The notes under the pieces were generated by a model. That model saw only the letters and a program-made list of their open reading frames with translations, did no database searches and had not been told where the DNA came from. This document shows, piece by piece, positions 1 through 7,825 of a DNA stretch of 64,000 nt. The first letter of the stretch is position 1. Every line of letters starts with the position of its first letter. Origin of the DNA: a virus. Its lineage: Duplodnaviria > Caudoviricetes. The stretch is taken from the IMG/VR virus record IMGVR_UViG_3300005937_000004, positions 1 through 64,000 of that record, one strand, 5' to 3'. Position numbers and translations under genes: made by a program.

Positions 1-81
1 ATGTCTCTGGACAACACCACCATCACTAATGGTCAAACGGTGACCGTGAACTCGTTTACCTTGACCGACGCGAACGCATGA
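1..81 (+). CDS. 3' end of a phage structural protein (truncated by window edge)
   Basis: Frame 1 reads SLDNTTITNGQTVTVNSFTLTDANA-stop, typical of small virion proteins; the next gene starts 2 nt later. Confidence 0.55.
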   Translation: MSLDNTTITNGQTVTVNSFTLTDANA

Positions 82-82
82 T

Positions 83-1624
83 GTGGCGATCTCGCGAATT
101 CAGAATGTCTCAGCGAATGCGACCAGTGTCGCTTTAGCCAGTACACAGGCAAACGATTTAATAATCGTTTTCGCCTACTCAATCAGCACGACGATCCCGT
201 CATTGGTGGCGGGTTACACTAGTCTCGCTGGCACAGCTGGCACGCAACAGGCATACCGGCTGGCTTATAAAATATCTGCTGGCGGCGAGACCACTACCGG
301 TGTGTGGACCAATGCAGCTAATGTAGTCTGCCTGGTCTATCGCGGAATCGATACAGGAGATCCGATCGGTGCGAGCGCATTGGGAACAGCAGGAAACAGT
401 GCCGTATTAACTTTCACAGGATTCACACCGCAAGTCACTGACAATTCAAGCTGGATAGCGGGATTTGGCGGAGCGAAATCTGCCACGGCTGGCATGGGCG
501 GTGTCCCATCTGGTGGACCGCCAACTCTAACCAATCGCACTAATCAGACCACAGTAACTGGACGCGACAGCGGCGGCTCGGCATCTTCTTCTTTTACCGC
601 CAATTCATTGACGGTTACGACTTCAGGTCGCTGGTTCACAGCCACTGTTGAGATCCGAGCACCATTGGCGGTAATTACCGGTGACGCCAGTATCACTCTC
701 AACACATTATCTCTCAATAGTGATGCTGATCTAACCGCTACCGGTGATTTAAGTAGCATCCTAGGCGTTCTAACCCTCAGCGCTGACGGCACAGTCAGCT
801 CTCCCGGAATCACTGGAGACGTCAATATTACGCTCGATGCGCTCACGCTCAGTGCTGACGGGACACTCGGTGCTGCCCCGATTACTGGCAACGCCAGCAT
901 CACCTTGGGCGGATTGACCCTAAATAGTGATGCCAGCGTCCCGATAAATGCCAGTTCAAATATAACCCTTGGCGCGGCCACTCTTTCTTCGACAGGCAAA
1001 GTAGACGTCAAAGGAACAGCATCGATAGCGCTCAGTCCAGCTTTATTGGTATCGGATTCTGACGTCATCATTGGAGGTAACAGTTCTGTTACTTTGGGTG
1101 CGGTAACACTGTCGAGCACTGGATTCACACCTGCCACCGGGAATGCAAACATAACTCTTGGGGCAGTGACTCTGTCCGCGCAGGGCGGAGCTCCGACTAC
1201 GATTGCGGATTTCTCGCAGATTTTCGGACCGCTCACGGTCACTTCAACTGGGACAATCCCAATCACCGGGAATAGTTCCGTCGCTCTCGGTGTTCTGGCT
1301 CTCTCTTCCACCGGCATAGTTCAGTCGACCGGGAACCTGAATGTCACTCTTGGAAGCCTGACAATCTCTGCCACGGTCTCAACCGACATTGCCGGTAATG
1401 TTTCGATTCAGCTTGATCCTGTCACGCTCAGTTCAACTGTCAGTGGATTAATATCGGCGGATCTTGATCGTTTACTGGGCCAATTGCTCCTCAGTTCACA
1501 TGGTAGCTCATTCTCCGGCGCACAAGCGGATCTGGATGTCACGCTTGATCCGATGACAGTGTACTCATTCATATACACGTTTGTTCCTAACATTCATCAT
1601 TTCGAGGTGATTAATCGTGCCTGA
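83..1624 (+). CDS. Virion/tail-fibre-like protein with ~19-aa beta repeats
   Basis: 513 aa; many TG(N/D)AxITLGxLTLSSxG repeats after a Ser/Thr/Gly-rich N-terminal domain; in the structural operon. Confidence 0.7.
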   Translation: MAISRIQNVSANATSVALASTQANDLIIVFAYSISTTIPSLVAGYTSLAGTAGTQQAYRLAYKISAGGETTTGVWTNAANVVCLVYRGIDTGDPIGASALGTAGNSAVLTFTGFTPQVTDNSSWIAGFGGAKSATAGMGGVPSGGPPTLTNRTNQTTVTGRDSGGSASSSFTANSLTVTTSGRWFTATVEIRAPLAVITGDASITLNTLSLNSDADLTATGDLSSILGVLTLSADGTVSSPGITGDVNITLDALTLSADGTLGAAPITGNASITLGGLTLNSDASVPINASSNITLGAATLSSTGKVDVKGTASIALSPALLVSDSDVIIGGNSSVTLGAVTLSSTGFTPATGNANITLGAVTLSAQGGAPTTIADFSQIFGPLTVTSTGTIPITGNSSVALGVLALSSTGIVQSTGNLNVTLGSLTISATVSTDIAGNVSIQLDPVTLSSTVSGLISADLDRLLGQLLLSSHGSSFSGAQADLDVTLDPMTVYSFIYTFVPNIHHFEVINRA

Positions 1625-2105
1625 TTACGCAGAACTGATACACCATTTCGATATCACCAATGTTGGTGACATCTCCAATATCGATCACTTTGATGTTGAG
1701 GTAGAGACTCCACAGGCTCCGATCGTAATTCAAGAGCCTGCGATCGCGATCACTGCCGATGTTGCGTATACGCCGCCGGTTAATATTTCACCGCTCTATT
1801 CCACAATCATACAGGCATTTGAGATTGAAGGGATCGGGCCTCCTGGTCCACAGGGCGACCCCGGGATTCCTGGTGAACCAGGGCCTCCGGGTCCACCAGG
1901 GTCAGGTGGCGACTTGCATTACCTGCATACACAGAATGTAGCGAGCGACACATGGATCATTTACCACAACCTCGGTAAATACCCGGCAATCCAGATCATA
2001 GATAGCGCTGGAACCATCGTAGAAGGAGAAGTTGAGCACATTGACACCAATACCTCCATCGTGACGTTCAGCGTTCAATTCGGGGGTACCGCTTCCTGTA
2101 ATTAA
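1617..2105 (+). CDS. Collagen-like repeat virion protein
   Basis: GPPGPQGDPGIPGEPGPPGPPG followed by HTQxxASDTWIIxHNLGKYP, common in phage fibre accessory proteins. Confidence 0.75.
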   Translation: MPDYAELIHHFDITNVGDISNIDHFDVEVETPQAPIVIQEPAIAITADVAYTPPVNISPLYSTIIQAFEIEGIGPPGPQGDPGIPGEPGPPGPPGSGGDLHYLHTQNVASDTWIIYHNLGKYPAIQIIDSAGTIVEGEVEHIDTNTSIVTFSVQFGGTASCN

Positions 2106-2107
2106 CT

Positions 2108-3544
2108 ATGGCACTTAAATACCTCATCCCCATCGATCTGAATCAGAATGAGATTCGGAATCCGCTTCTGCATCTTCTGGGCAGTGATCCTGGTTCACCG
2201 GTAGAAGGCCAATTCTGGTACAACACCACTGGGGACACCATGAAACTGCGGCTGGCTTCCAGCACAGTTGATCTGCTTAATCCAACGCTGTTTAACGGAC
2301 AGAACTCTGCCTATTATCTGAGCCGCACCAACCATACCGGTACTCAGCTCGCTTCTACAATCTCCGATTTCGATACTCAGGTGCGCACCAATCGGTTGGA
2401 CCAGATGGCGCTTCCCACGGCCTCAGTCAACCTGAACAACCAGAAGATCATCAATCTTACTGATCCATCCAACCCACAGGAAGCAGCGACCAAGAATTAT
2501 GTCGATAGTGTTGCGACCGGGAGTGTTTACTGGAAGAACCCAGTCCGAGTTCTGTCCACAACGAACATAAACCTCGCTTCGCCTGGCGCAACGATCGATG
2601 GCGTCACGATGGTGACCAATGACCGGTTCGCAGTGGTCGGTCAATCCACAGGATCTGCTAACGGAATTTATGTTTGGAACGGCGCAGCGGTAGCTGCCAC
2701 CAGATCCACAGACGCAGATACATCGGCTGAAGTTAAAAGCGGGATGGCTTTCTGGGTCAGTGAAGGTACGGCCAATGCTGACACGGCTTGGACGCTCACA
2801 ACTAATGATCCAATTACTCTTGGCACCACGTCACTGACATTTGTCCAGTTTTCAGGACTTGGACAAATCACAGCAGGCAATGGTCTTACAAAGACAGGAA
2901 GCACACTGGATGTTGGCGGTACTGCTGGACGCATTTCTGTCGCAGCAGATGCTGTAGATATCGATGCTGCTTATGTTGGTCAGAGCTCCATTACCACTCT
3001 GGGTACGATCGCTACAGGTACATGGAATGCGACAATCATATCGATTGCCAAAGGCGGAACAGGAGCCGCGACGTTCGCAGCCAACAGTTACTTCGGTAAC
3101 CCTACGGGATCTACTGCAGCTCCGGCAATCACTGCAGGTGCAGCTCTGACTAAAACTGATGATACCAATGTAACTTTGGCATTGGGTGGCACACCTGCTT
3201 CAGCTTTACTGGTTGCAGCTTCACTCACACTGGGTTGGACTGGAACCCTTGCAATTACTCGCGGAGGCACAGGTGCATCTACCGCAGCAACTGCACGATC
3301 CAACCTTGCTGCAACCGGTAAATATTCTGCAACGATTGGTGACGGTTCGACGACAGCCATCAACGTTACCCAGGCCACTCATGGTTTGGCGGCTAACGGC
3401 CAGATGGTGGCTGCGGCTTACGACGCCTCTACCGGTGCTCTTGTCATGTGCGATATCACGATCAATAACGCCAATGGAACTGTGACATTTACTTTTTCTG
3501 TTGCCCCTGCTTCCAACGCCATTAGGATCGTGATCATCGGATGA
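2108..3544 (+). CDS. Tail fibre / structural protein
   Basis: 478 aa; LTDPSNPQEAATKNYVD fibre motif; G/T/A-rich. Confidence 0.75.
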   Translation: MALKYLIPIDLNQNEIRNPLLHLLGSDPGSPVEGQFWYNTTGDTMKLRLASSTVDLLNPTLFNGQNSAYYLSRTNHTGTQLASTISDFDTQVRTNRLDQMALPTASVNLNNQKIINLTDPSNPQEAATKNYVDSVATGSVYWKNPVRVLSTTNINLASPGATIDGVTMVTNDRFAVVGQSTGSANGIYVWNGAAVAATRSTDADTSAEVKSGMAFWVSEGTANADTAWTLTTNDPITLGTTSLTFVQFSGLGQITAGNGLTKTGSTLDVGGTAGRISVAADAVDIDAAYVGQSSITTLGTIATGTWNATIISIAKGGTGAATFAANSYFGNPTGSTAAPAITAGAALTKTDDTNVTLALGGTPASALLVAASLTLGWTGTLAITRGGTGASTAATARSNLAATGKYSATIGDGSTTAINVTQATHGLAANGQMVAAAYDASTGALVMCDITINNANGTVTFTFSVAPASNAIRIVIIG

Positions 3545-4929
3545 AGAGTCTCACAGCTCTCGATCTTAATAGTAATCGGATCAACAACCTGCTTGATCCC
3601 TCTGTTGCCCAGGATGCGGCAACAAAGAACTATGTCGATACCAGGCCAGCGCTTCCGGCTGGGTCCAGTACGCAGCTTCAATACAACAACGGCGGGACAG
3701 CGCTGGGAGGTATCAGTCAGGCTACTTACGATGGCAACAATGTGATGTTCCTGGCTGCAACCGGACTCACGCCCAGGTTTATATTGGCTGATTCCACAAC
3801 CAATACCAAGAGAGTCAATTTCGATCTTTCATCGATAACAGCAAACCAAACCCGCAACATCCTTTGCCCGGACGCGAACATGCGGATACCGGAGGCTGTC
3901 TCGTCGAATTATTTCATTTATGGCTGCTCGGGATTGTCGACTGTACCGGCATTCCAGGCACTGACGGTTAACCATTTACCGACTACCAACAATTTCAATT
4001 TCACTCTGGGCCAAACAATAACGACAAACGACGCCGAGACAGGCGGAGCCAGCGCTGCGCAGTTAACGGTCTGTCACAATACAACCGGAACTCCTTCTAC
4101 TCTTCTTGGATCAGCTATCGAGTGGCAAGCGGAGACTTCTACGAACACCGGACAAGCACAAGGTCGAATCGCCTGTCAGTGGTCAAACATCACTCACGCC
4201 AATCGCACCGCGTTCATGGATTTCCTGTTGGAAAACAATGGCGCATCGTTTCTGTCCAGCATGATGCGGTTGTATCCGTCCGGCGGGTTATGCGTTAACA
4301 GGACTACTGACCCAGGAGCAGGGTACATTGATGCGAACACCGGCTTCAAAGTTGCCGGAACCGCATTGGACTTTTCACATTTGACCGGAGCATGCACCGA
4401 AACGCAGCGCAAACTTTGGGACAATGCGAGCGGAACTTCACAGGGTGGAGCTACTGGGTTCCAGAGTAACACCTATATCACCAATTCAAACATTGTGGTG
4501 CCGACAAGCGCTTGGGTTGTCGGAGGTCGTGGCAGAATCCGGGTGCACATGTCAAAAACTGCAGCAGGAACAGCCACGCCGACTTTTTCTATTTACGCTG
4601 GGACAAATGGCTCGACCTCTGATACTGCCGTCATTAATGCGCAAGCACTAGGAGGTGCGCAGACGGCAGCGGTAGATAATGGCGTAATTGACATATATTA
4701 CGTCATTCGCGGCCCATTGGGATCATCCTGCGTAGTGGAATTCGAGCTTGTGTTGATACACAATGTTAATGGTGGCGGTCTTTGGGGTGGCGTTGCTTTA
4801 ACGCTAATTGGCACTGGTCAGACATGGACAATGAACACCACCACCGTCACTAATCTCGGAATGAGCTATAATGGCGGCGCAAGCGTCGGAATCACTGTTG
4901 AAAGCGTGCAACATTCATACTCCGGGTAA
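3541..4929 (+). CDS. Tail fibre-like protein
   Basis: 462 aa; N-terminal LLDPSVAQDAATKNYVD motif shared with the upstream gene; ATGA overlap. Confidence 0.7.
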   Translation: MKSLTALDLNSNRINNLLDPSVAQDAATKNYVDTRPALPAGSSTQLQYNNGGTALGGISQATYDGNNVMFLAATGLTPRFILADSTTNTKRVNFDLSSITANQTRNILCPDANMRIPEAVSSNYFIYGCSGLSTVPAFQALTVNHLPTTNNFNFTLGQTITTNDAETGGASAAQLTVCHNTTGTPSTLLGSAIEWQAETSTNTGQAQGRIACQWSNITHANRTAFMDFLLENNGASFLSSMMRLYPSGGLCVNRTTDPGAGYIDANTGFKVAGTALDFSHLTGACTETQRKLWDNASGTSQGGATGFQSNTYITNSNIVVPTSAWVVGGRGRIRVHMSKTAAGTATPTFSIYAGTNGSTSDTAVINAQALGGAQTAAVDNGVIDIYYVIRGPLGSSCVVEFELVLIHNVNGGGLWGGVALTLIGTGQTWTMNTTTVTNLGMSYNGGASVGITVESVQHSYSG

Positions 4930-4935
4930 ACCAAT

Positions 4936-5184
4936 ATGATAGACCTCGAAACCATCGAACAACGAATCAGAGATTACCAAATTGAATTGTCGGTCCTGCG
5001 CACCACTCACGATCAAATGGTCGCGGTACAGGAGCAAAGCACCAAACAGTTCAATGAACGGGTGCAACAGAACCAGGTCCGGTTCCAGCAATTGACCGGA
5101 ATCATATCCGAGCTGGAACAACTCAAAGGCACGTTGGCTGAAAACAATGGTGAACTCACTCTGACTGATCGGCTGAAAAAGTAG
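4936..5184 (+). CDS. Small coiled-coil protein (possible fibre chaperone)
   Basis: Heptad-rich 82 aa directly after the fibre genes. Confidence 0.55.
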   Translation: MIDLETIEQRIRDYQIELSVLRTTHDQMVAVQEQSTKQFNERVQQNQVRFQQLTGIISELEQLKGTLAENNGELTLTDRLKK

Positions 5185-5201
5185 ACACTGCCGGGTAGTG
5201 T

Positions 5202-5531
5202 ATGCCCGGTACATTCTTTGACACGTTCAACCCGACGCTCATCGATATCGAGGCGTCGTTTACTGAGGAGTGGACTTTCAAAGGGGCGTCATGGCCAGCA
5301 ATCTTTATTGACACCCTGGAAGAGACCGACCACGTAATTAAGGGCGGTGTTCTGCAAGTGACCGCTGCAGCTATCCATGTGCGACTGGAAGTTTTCCAGC
5401 AAAGCGGAGTAAAACTGGGAGACATTGTTACGGTTCGTGGGTCAAATCTATCCGTGAACGGTATTTCATCCGATGGCGATGCCGCCAGGGTATTGAGCTG
5501 TGGACCGGAGGGATTGGATATCTGGAAATGA
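5202..5531 (+). CDS. Head-tail joining (gpFII-like) protein, putative
   Basis: 109 aa beta-rich (GVKLGDIVTVRGSNLSV); position before the tail terminator and tube genes. Confidence 0.5.
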   Translation: MPGTFFDTFNPTLIDIEASFTEEWTFKGASWPAIFIDTLEETDHVIKGGVLQVTAAAIHVRLEVFQQSGVKLGDIVTVRGSNLSVNGISSDGDAARVLSCGPEGLDIWK

Positions 5532-5728
5532 TGATCATCAAACTTCTGGACAACAACGAGAGGCCGCTCTGCGTATACGCCAATGGTCGCTGGGCTGGGA
5601 ACACTACGCCAATGATCTTATCTGAAGCGATTGAGATACTGGTGTCCGGATTGAAGAACCGTCCTGAACGGCATTTTCAGGAGACAATAAAGCATTTCGA
5701 AATTATACAGCCCAAAGAACAACCATAA
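5528..5728 (+). CDS. Hypothetical protein
   Basis: 66-aa ORF overlapping the upstream stop (ATGA). Confidence 0.45.
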   Translation: MMIIKLLDNNERPLCVYANGRWAGNTTPMILSEAIEILVSGLKNRPERHFQETIKHFEIIQPKEQP

Positions 5729-5777
5729 TGGACCGTAGATTGCGTTTGAACATCACAGTAGTATCAACACAGCGGCC

Positions 5778-6407
5778 ATGGAAATAAAACGAGCCACAGA
5801 GCTTACGCTTTGCGATCTACTGAAAGAGGCGTTGCCGGATATTAAGTTCTTCGCGTCGAAGGGGGGCGGAGGTGATATGACACCTGCCTGGCAAGCAGTC
5901 CATAGCTATCAGGTAGGAGAAATCCTCCGCCCTTCTAATCCTTCCTTTATACATGCTGTAGTCATCAATGCGGATGGAATCAGCGGTTCAACCGAGCCGC
6001 CGTTTGATGATGTGGTGGGATCGGTGATTACTGGGCCCCCGGATTATCTGACACTCTCCGAGCTATCGCTTAAGACGTCAGAAGATTCGGGAAACCCGAT
6101 CCCACCTTTTGCTGCGGTACTGTGTGAACCCTCTGAAAAAACCGTATCCTACGAGGACACCAACATCATGCATGGATCAGTGATCTGGGTCACCAAGCAT
6201 GGCGTGACCAACGTTGTGGAACATTCAACAAACGCCAAGAGGATTTACGACGTTTTAAAGAGCATTACCAGCGGATATGACATGCTTCGCAGGATCACGA
6301 TCCACGGGTTGGATATTGCTGCAACCAATGACTTTACCGATCACGAAAGAGACGCCCACGGTGACGTCATCGAATTCGTTGTCGGCGTGTCTGCCAACCC
6401 TCGTTAA
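5778..6407 (+). CDS. Tail terminator-like protein with an inserted carbohydrate-binding-like module
   Basis: Position before the tail tube; internal PAWQAVHSYQVGEILRP...GISGSTEPPF segment. Confidence 0.5.
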   Translation: MEIKRATELTLCDLLKEALPDIKFFASKGGGGDMTPAWQAVHSYQVGEILRPSNPSFIHAVVINADGISGSTEPPFDDVVGSVITGPPDYLTLSELSLKTSEDSGNPIPPFAAVLCEPSEKTVSYEDTNIMHGSVIWVTKHGVTNVVEHSTNAKRIYDVLKSITSGYDMLRRITIHGLDIAATNDFTDHERDAHGDVIEFVVGVSANPR

Positions 6408-6814
6408 AGGGTCTGACCGGTATTGAAAAAATGGAGCACCATGTGATCGGTGCCCTTGCCGTATCCCACCTGGCATACTGACATCCCAGCGGCCAGATCA
6501 CTGAATTCACCTATTTTACCAGGAGTAGCGGTCAGATAATACGGGGTACCATTGACCACTGTCGCGCCGATTTTGAAATTGCTATCTGAAGAAACGTAGA
6601 GAATTGATTGACCGGCTGCGGCAGACGAACAGACGGCAATCCCGATTGGGGCATTCAATGGCGCTGCTCCATTGGCATCAGCTTTAACGCCTTTGCCATT
6701 GTCATCACGGGCAATGACATCTCCGATAGCGATTGCTTCACCGGATACTATTTTGCTCGCGGGAGCATTTGCGGTTGGTAAAAGTTGGGCGGCAGTGATA
6801 ACGAGTTCGGCCAT
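6404..6814 (-). CDS. Capsid cement/decoration-like small structural protein, inverted in the tail operon
   Basis: ORF 6404-6835; start re-called at ATG 6814 (MAELVITAAQ) after an AAAGGA RBS; GEAIAIGD...KADAN...GIAV pattern resembles cement-type proteins. Confidence 0.55.
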   Translation of the reverse strand: MAELVITAAQLLPTANAPASKIVSGEAIAIGDVIARDDNGKGVKADANGAAPLNAPIGIAVCSSAAAGQSILYVSSDSNFKIGATVVNGTPYYLTATPGKIGEFSDLAAGMSVCQVGYGKGTDHMVLHFFNTGQTL

Positions 6815-6829
6815 ATCCTTTCCCCTTGG

Positions 6830-6848
6830 TGTCAACGCTCTGTTGACA
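6830..6848. promoter_or_regulatory. Back-to-back TTGACA elements serving two divergent genes
   Basis: TGTCAA (6830-6835) cgctctg TTGACA (6843-6848); 15 nt to the minus-strand ATG 6814 and 14 nt to the plus-strand ATG 6863. Confidence 0.65.
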
Positions 6849-6862
6849 TTTCACAGGAGAGT

Positions 6863-7234
6863 ATGGCTCTCGTACATTCAACTCAGTATGGACAGGATTA
6901 TGAATTTGGTTTCCCGGATGATGCGGCTCCAGATTTCGGCGGAACATTCGTGGCGCGCCAGGCGGAACTGCGATATGAAGCGGAGGTTTTCGCTCAGGCC
7001 CAGGAAGGTGAAGGCCACACCGATTCGATTGTGACTTCCAATGGCGACAAACGCAAGGTCACAGGCACCTTTAGCGGCTATATCATTGCCGGGTTTAACG
7101 TCGACAATTTCCCGGCTAACTTCAATTTTGCTGGTCGATTTTTCATCACCAGAAATGTCTCTATCCCCAGACGAAAAGGGGAATTTGCAGAGGTTAGTTG
7201 CGAGGCTGAGAGCTACGGATTAATCACCGGTTAA
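6863..7234 (+). CDS. Major tail tube protein, putative
   Basis: Start re-called at ATG 6863 after an AGGAG RBS; 123 aa beta-rich; precedes the chaperone and tape measure genes. Confidence 0.6.
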   Translation: MALVHSTQYGQDYEFGFPDDAAPDFGGTFVARQAELRYEAEVFAQAQEGEGHTDSIVTSNGDKRKVTGTFSGYIIAGFNVDNFPANFNFAGRFFITRNVSIPRRKGEFAEVSCEAESYGLITG

Positions 7235-7237
7235 CAT

Positions 7238-7825
7238 GTGTTCGATCGAGTCTTTGCTGCCGCTTACATTGATAACGGAACCAAGACAAAGGTTCTCGGC
7301 GTAACTCTTAACCCATTTAGTCCCTGGCACCTGTTCTTATTGCAGGTCATTGACTCGCCGTTCTTGAAAGCTGGCGATGTCCAGCTCTACGATTTACGGC
7401 GAGCTGTCGGCATCTGTCGGCTGCAATATCCAGACAGTCGCACCAGGCTTCCTTTCACCTTGAAGCCAATGAACTTAAAACGGCTGGAAGCCGAGGTGGT
7501 CACGTTTCTTGGGTACATCTCCAATTACCTTCAGAAACCGGAGTACAGCATTATTCCTGTAGAGCCTTTCCCGAGGCAAGGAGGACGTGCACCGCCACCA
7601 AAAGGTAATCCACCGCCTGAAGTCATAAGTCTGGTATTCGACGCTGCAAAAGGCGCAAACATCTCTATAAACGAAGCGTGGAACATGCCGATCGGTCAGG
7701 CTTATGTGGCTCAGGTCATGCGACTATGCGAGATCGGTGCCAACGTGGATTTCATGGACGAAAAGGAACGCGAATTCCAGGAAACATTGAAACAGCATCT
7801 CGCTAAAAAGGCGGAGAAAAAATAA
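7238..7825 (+). CDS. Tail assembly chaperone, putative
   Basis: Lies between the tube and tape-measure genes; EAWNMPIGQA motif near the C-terminus. Confidence 0.55.
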   Translation: MFDRVFAAAYIDNGTKTKVLGVTLNPFSPWHLFLLQVIDSPFLKAGDVQLYDLRRAVGICRLQYPDSRTRLPFTLKPMNLKRLEAEVVTFLGYISNYLQKPEYSIIPVEPFPRQGGRAPPPKGNPPPEVISLVFDAAKGANISINEAWNMPIGQAYVAQVMRLCEIGANVDFMDEKEREFQETLKQHLAKKAEKK

